A stretch of DNA of 43,649 nucleotides from Octopus sinensis (taxonomy: Eukaryota), in assembly GCF_006345805.1 (NCBI RefSeq), contig NW_021835793.1, positions 1 to 43,649 of the forward strand, written 5' to 3'. Under the pieces are notes generated by a model. That model did not search any database, was not told the DNA's origin, and was given only the letters and a program-made list of their open reading frames with translations. The translations under genes were made by a program, and so were the position numbers. Shown here piece by piece: positions 37,748 to 43,649 of the stretch. Every line of letters starts with the position of its first letter. Positions within the stretch are counted from its first letter, which is position 1.

Positions 37748-38034
37748 TGCGCCCTTTTCAAGCCTAGCCAGGCTCATGGGCCCGGTTTCTATGGCATATG
37801 TGTTCCCCCCAGCTGGACGGGGCGCCAGTCCATCGCAGCGTTACTCAAGAAACAGTAAGAGAAAATTGGGGCGAAATAATACAACAGGGGTCGCCACCAC
37901 CCCCTGTCGGAGCCTCGTGGAGCTTTTAGGTGTTTTCGCTCAATAAACACACACAACACTCGGTCTGGGAATCGAAACCGCCGTCCTCCGACCGCGAGTC
38001 TACTGCCCTAACCACTGGGCCATTGCGACTCCAC
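37748..38034 (-). mobile_element. SINE family A variant with alternative tail
   Basis: Family A head and body, then TTGAGTAACGCTGCGATGGACTGGCGCCCCGTCCAGC..CCCATGAGCCTGGCTAGGCTTGAAAAGG. Confidence 0.88.
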
Positions 38035-38375
38035 TGTGTAACGATAGTAACAACACGTTAACCGCCGTGTGTACCATCGGTGGTTCTTCACAAATAGCAA
38101 ACACCTCCAGTGGTACATTTTCATAATTTGAAAAAAAAAAAAATTATTCTGAATCTTTGACATAGTTTCGAGAATATTTAAATAACACGAGTTTAATTAA
38201 AGTTTAATTATGAAATATTGCGAAAATACAAAAAAAAAAGAAAAAGAAAAATTACATTTCCATGTAATTAAACATTATGCAATGTGACCTGACCTGAAAT
38301 ACACGGCGTCACCGGTAAATACTAGTAACAGACTGTGGCGATTAACGCGTTAATTTGCTTCTAAAAGATCGAAGT

Positions 38376-38764
38376 TGTGGAGGCGCAATGGCCCAGTGGT
38401 TAGGGCAGCGGACTCGCGGTCATAGGATCGCGGTTTCGATTCCCAGACCGGGCGTTGTGAGTGTTTATTGAGCGAAAACACCTAAAGCTCCACGAGGCTC
38501 CGGCAGGGGGTGGTGGTGATCCCTGCTGTACTCTTTCACCAAACTTTCTCTCACTTTACTTCCTGTTTCTATTGTACCTGTATTTCAAAGGGCTGGCCTT
38601 GTCACTCTCTGTGTCACGCTGAATATCCCCGAGAACTACGTTAAGGGTACACGTGTCTGTGGAGTGCTCAGCCACTTACACGTTAATTTCACGAGCAGGC
38701 TGTTCCGTTGATTCGGATCAACCGGAACCCTCATCGTCGTAACCGACGCAGTGCTTCCATTCCC
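38376..38764 (+). mobile_element. SINE family A, full length, 13-bp target-site duplication
   Basis: AAAAGATCGAAGT at 38363-38375 and 38765-38777. Confidence 0.95.
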
Positions 38765-39045
38765 AAAAGATCGAAGTCTACTAACGGCAGAAACATTAGA
38801 GCGCCAGATTAATATTTCCTGCGGTACTTGGTTACAGTTTTTTAAACGCTGAGTTCAAAATACACCGAGTTGAGCTATTCCTATAACCTTTACTAAATCG
38901 ATAGAATATAGCACCAGTTAGTTCTTGGATCAATACGTCTGCGTAAAATGTGATACATTGTGCAGATGTCAGAATCTGTATTGTAACATATAAGGTGTAC
39001 CCCGTTTTATAGAGAGAACATTCGATTATATGGTATGTGGCACCA

Positions 39046-39280
39046 AGGCGGTGAGCTGGCAGAAACGTTAGCACGCCGGGCGAAATGTTTAGCAGTATTT
39101 CGTCTGCCGTTACGTTCTGAGTTCAAATTCCGCCGAGGTCCACTTTGCCTTTCATCCTTTCGGGGTCGATAAATAAAGTACCAGTTACGCACTGGGGTCG
39201 ATCTAATCGACTCAATCCGTGTGTCTGTCCTTGTTCGTCCCCTCTGTGTTTGGCCCCTTCTGGGTAGTAAAGAAATAGGT
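39046..39280 (+). mobile_element. SINE family C, full length
   Basis: GGCGGTGAGCTGGCAGAAACG head, GAGTTCAAATTCC B box, tail GGGTAGTAAAGAAATAGGTA. Confidence 0.92.
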
Positions 39281-40271
39281 ATTCCAATATATGATTAGCA
39301 GTTATTTCATCGACATGAGAGATTGAAAAGCAAATTAGCTTTGGAGGGAGTTGAATATGGGAGCTTCTACGTGATCTCTCAATAAGGTAGAAATAATAAC
39401 TACTCCCCTGTCTTATAAAGAGAAACTGTTTTTTTTTTTTTTTATTAAATAATGTGGCCCTAAATACCTTAAAAGCAAAATGGTCACGGTCGGAACGCAT
39501 CTGATCATAATTTTGCTCGATTACGGTTGACTTGAGGCTAAAGAAGAACGAATAACCAAATACTGTAAGGGTATACTGCAAAGCAACGAATTGGCAGATT
39601 AGGTCTGTCTTTACATATTAGACATATTTTATGAACAAAAACAAACAAAAACGTACGCAAATATGCCGTCAAACACTGTAAATATATCTTCATTTAAACA
39701 TGGCTAACAGTAGAGCGTCACGTGGTATTCAAATCGTTGAAAGCAGACGACACCTGATAAAGATTACATATACTCTGTTACACATTGATGCATCTGTTGC
39801 TCCACCGCCGTCCTCTTCGTGCCTTGAAAGACAATACCGCTACGTAGCTGCGGCCCTTGATATTCTGAGCTCAATTCTCACCAAGATTAAAATCTGATGT
39901 TCAATATTCTGCTGCCGATAAAATAAAACACAAGAGGCGATTTCTATTCCTAAAATACTGTTCTAATCCTAAATGTAAATGCAATTATAAGACTAAATAG
40001 TGAACATAACTTAAAACATTTGTCTAAACTAAATGCTAATTATTTGTAGGTTTCAGGGGTGGTTTTTACGTAGGCGTTTTATGAGCGGTTTATTTTAAAC
40101 AGTGAAAGGGCTGTGTTGGGCTTTTGTGCAGGGTCTGGGGTGTATTGTAAAAGGTAGGGGAGGAATGAAGTTTGACAAGTATTGGTAAATTAATGATTTG
40201 GATTCTGCACGGGAGCACAAATAGAACATTGGTGGAGAGAGGATGGAGAGTTGGAGAGAGGCGGGAGATGG

Positions 40272-40303
<32 letters not shown>

Positions 40304-40468
40304 TTGGTAGTGGTGGTGGTGGTGGTGGAGTTTTGAAATAGGGAGTAAAAAGTATTGAGGGAAAAAAGGCAACATCGGTTTAGTGGGGCGGAAAGCCGAT
40401 AATAAAAAAAAATTGAGGGTAATAAAGAAAACGTAAATGGAGGTGTTCCTGCAAGCAATTAATGTGTG

Positions 40469-40514
<46 letters not shown>

Positions 40515-41013
40515 TGCATGTACGTGCATGTGTGTGCGTGTGTGTGTTTGTGTGTGCGTGCATGTGTGTATGTGTGTGTGTGTGTTTGTGTGCGTGCATG
40601 TGTGTATGTGTATATAGATAGATAGATATATAAACATACATACATGTGTAAGATAAATATATATGTATAGTATGTATATATGTATCTGTATTTATTGTAT
40701 GTGTATATATTTATGTGTGAGTGAGTGCGTACGTGTGTGTGTGTATGTATGTGTGAATGTATATGGATGTGCTATTATGCATCTTAATGCAAGAACCAGT
40801 ATATATATATATATATATTATATATATATATAATAATATATATATACATACATACATACATACATACAAACATACATACAAACATACACACACAAGCAAA
40901 CACACACATACACAAACGATATATTTGTATGTATGTATGTATGAATGCATATATATATATAAATGAAATATACTGCACACTCACACACTCACACACATAT
41001 TTACACACGCAGT

Positions 41014-41391
41014 GTGGAGGCGCAATGGCCCAGTGGTTAGGGCAGCGGACTCGCGGTCGTAGGATCGCGGTTTCGATTCCCAGACCGGGCGTTGTGAGTG
41101 TTTATTGAGCGAAAATACCTAAGCTCCACGAGGCTCCGGCAGGGGATGGTGGTGATCCCTGCTGTACTCTTCACCACAACTTTCTCTCACTCTACTTCCT
41201 GTTTCTGTTGTACTGTATTTCAAAGGGCCGGCCTTGTCACTCTCTGTGTCACGCTGAATATCCCGAGAACTACGTTAAGGGTACACGTGTCTGTGGAGTG
41301 CTCAGCACTACACGTTAATTTCACGAGCAGGCTGTTCCGTTGATCGGATCAACCGGAACCCTCGTCGTCGTAACCGACGGAGTGCTTCCAC
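41014..41391 (+). mobile_element. SINE family A, full length
   Basis: Complete head and tail; ACACACGCAGT / ACACACACAGT flanks may be a TSD. Confidence 0.92.
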
Positions 41392-41559
41392 CACACACAC
41401 AGTCAAACATATGAGTACAGACACACGCATGCGTATTTGACCATAAAACTTCAAGTGAGATAGCGCTCAATACGTATGTTTAAAGTATAAATTACTTTTC
41501 CAAGAAAACATTTAACATTGACATCAAAATTTCGTCGGGCTCCAGTTTTAGGTGTCTCC

Positions 41560-41653
41560 GCTCAACAAACACTCACAAAGCCGGTCTGGGAATCGAAACC
41601 GCCATCCTACGACCGCGAGTCCGCTGCCCTAACCACTGGGCCATTGCGCCTCC
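41560..41653 (-). mobile_element. 5' head of SINE family A, inverted relative to 41014
   Basis: Reverse complement of GGAGGCGCAATGGCCCAGTGGTTAGGGCAGCGGACTCGCGGTCGTAGGAT. Confidence 0.9.
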
Positions 41654-42060
41654 GTATTTATATATATGAGCATTTTTGAATATTTTGAAATACCTACGAG
41701 TTTTATCTTATATCATATCGACGTTTTATACATATTTTTATATCTATTAGTATATCTATTTATGTATTTATATTATTTATAATGCCAACGTGTTTTTTAA
41801 ATATTCAAAAAAATATTTTTTAATATTTGCGTATTTTTAAATATTAAATATTTATATGTTCATATACTTGTGTGTTTTAATGCTGTATTATCTGGAACTT
41901 TATATTGATTTATTAATATCCAATGAGAGTGCCCATGTATATTGAATATTCTATTGGATATAGATCATGTTCCTCTGTGTTTTCCGCTGGTATTGCCTCC
42001 ATTGAAATCATATAATATCTATATATATATATTAATATATTATATATATTATATATATAT

Positions 42061-42322
42061 AGTTAATCCAAACAAGAAAGCACAAAAAAACACAACAAGC
42101 GAGGAGTGGAACAACTATAGTATTATTGGACGCTCAGGAAAAGAAGGAAAGAAGGAGGTTTACCGTTTCGAGCGGAGCTCTTCGTCGGAAACATAGGAGA
42201 AGGACAGATCCAGAGAAGGGACGACAGAGGAAAAAAAATCTAACGGTAACTTTATTTAAAAGCCAGCAGAAATATAACAAAAGCTGTTACTCAGAGTTTC
42301 ACGTTCCCGTTTTCGGACAGTT
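42061..42322 (-). mobile_element. Penelope-like terminal remnant with a degenerate minimal hammerhead, flanked by TA-rich repeats
   Basis: Minus strand GTTT-CCGACGA-A-GAGC TCC GCTC-GAAACGG-T-AAAC at 42158-42192; same layout as 32944-33130. Confidence 0.55.
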
Positions 42323-42345
42323 TTATTTATATATATATATATATA

Positions 42346-42388
<43 letters not shown>

Positions 42389-42404
42389 GTGTTGTGTATG
42401 TATA

Positions 42405-42620
42405 TATGTAGATGTTTGTGTGTCTGTGTTTGTCCTCCCAACATCGCTGCGGACCGATGCTGGTGCGTTTACGTCCCCGTAACTTAGCGGTTCGGCAAAA
42501 GAACCGATAGAATAAGTACTAGGGTACAAAGGATAAGTCTGGGGTCGATTTGCTCGACTAAAGGTGGTGCTCCAGCACGGCCGCAGTCGAATGACTGAAA
42601 CAAATAAAAGAATAAAAGAA
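42405..42620 (+). mobile_element. 3' half of SINE family B
   Basis: GTTTGTCCTCCCAACATCGC..TAACTTAGCGGTTCGGCAAAA..GACTGAAACAAATAAAAG. Confidence 0.88.
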
Positions 42621-42640
42621 TATATATATATATATATATA

Positions 42641-42693
<53 letters not shown>

Positions 42694-42780
42694 AGAAAGA
42701 TAAAAAGAAAGAGAGAAAGCTTGTAAGTACGAACTTTGTAGGGCGAGTGTATGAACATATGTATATATATATATTATATA

Positions 42781-42816
<36 letters not shown>

Positions 42817-43044
42817 TGTATGTATGTATGTATGTATATGTACGCCTCTGTGTGTATATACTCGGCATTTATGTGAACGAGCGGTGGAACGGAAGTTATT
42901 GTAAATCAATTTTAGAGAGAAAAAAGGTAAAAGAAGTAGAAATATGAAAATGAAATCAAAGAAATTTCTAGAAAACTTGTTAATCCCCTGTGTTAAAGGG
43001 GAACCCTATTTATTGGTATTGTTAAATGATGGGATTAATTAGCG

Positions 43045-43500
43045 TGGGAGCCTGGCAGAAGGTAGTGTGAGTGTGGAGGGGGGTGAGAGATAGATTGATA
43101 GATAGAGAGATAGAGAGGGGGAGAGGAAGAGAGAGAGATAAAGAGAGAGAGATAAAGAGAAAGAAAGAGTGGGAGAGAGAGGAAGGGAGAGAGAGGGAGA
43201 GAGAGAGAAAGGGAAAGGGAGAGAGAGAGATTGACGGAGAGAGCGCGAGAGAAAGAGAGGGGGAGAAGGGTGGAAGGAGAAAGTTAGAGAGGAAGGGAGA
43301 GAGAGAGAGAGAATGATTGAGAGACAACAAAAAGAGGGAGTAAGGGAGAGTGGGATAGGGACAGAGAGAAAGAGGGAGAGGGAAGGGATGGAGGGAGAAA
43401 GATAGAGAGAAAAATGGGAGAGAAAAAGAGAGGGTGAGAGAGAGAGAGAGAGGAAAAGGTAGAGAAAAATGAGAGAGAAATGGAAGAGAAGGCAAGCTGT
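43045..43500. repeat. About 450-bp purine-rich GA low-complexity tract
   Basis: Direct reading. Confidence 0.9.
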
Positions 43501-43649
43501 GGAGAGAAAATAAAAGAAATATGGTTGTTGTTATTGGTGTTGTTGTTGATGATGATGATGGGGTTGTTTAAGCCCAGGTCATCTTTAATCATGCGGACCC
43601 TCTGACCAAAGACGTTCTAGTTTTGAATACACGGCATGTGTGATTGAGG

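Noticed and set aside
38376-38450. tRNA-like heads as genuine tRNA genes (also 5769, 41014, 41560)
   Set aside because: A and B boxes present but each continues into a shared SINE body with TSDs; no proper acceptor stem
39700-39900. Unique-looking segment as an exon on either strand (also 31510-31600, 12846-12930)
   Set aside because: Open frames are short, splice sites ambiguous, no phase-consistent chain or recognisable motif

Overview
AT-rich, microsatellite-saturated eukaryotic DNA. The SINE families and overall texture point to an octopus (coleoid cephalopod); this is recognition from memory, not a database result. Almost all ORFs in the supplied track are translations of simple repeats. 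Real content: (1) three tRNA-headed SINE families in many copies; (2) an L1/Tx1-type LINE present as three separate 5'-truncated insertions inside one (GATA)n tract at 10.7-12.8 kb; (3) a 5.8-kb head-to-tail stack of five different R4/Dong-type LINE fragments, each bounded by (AAT)n, at 23.5-29.3 kb; (4) two Chapaev3-like DNA transposon halves with TAA|CACTG termini, one carrying an inverted duplication and a templated insertion; (5) a complete type I hammerhead ribozyme fold sitting alone in (TA)n at 13411-13461 (-), plus two degenerate Penelope-type minimal hammerheads; (6) foldback elements and a 37-bp-stem hairpin; (7) a tentative, phase-consistent multi-exon host gene on + (501-18715) that I cannot name. 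The most system-like signal is that each retroelement class occupies its own microsatellite motif. No rRNA, genuine tRNA gene or CRISPR array was seen. Boundaries were read by eye and may be off by a few bases.
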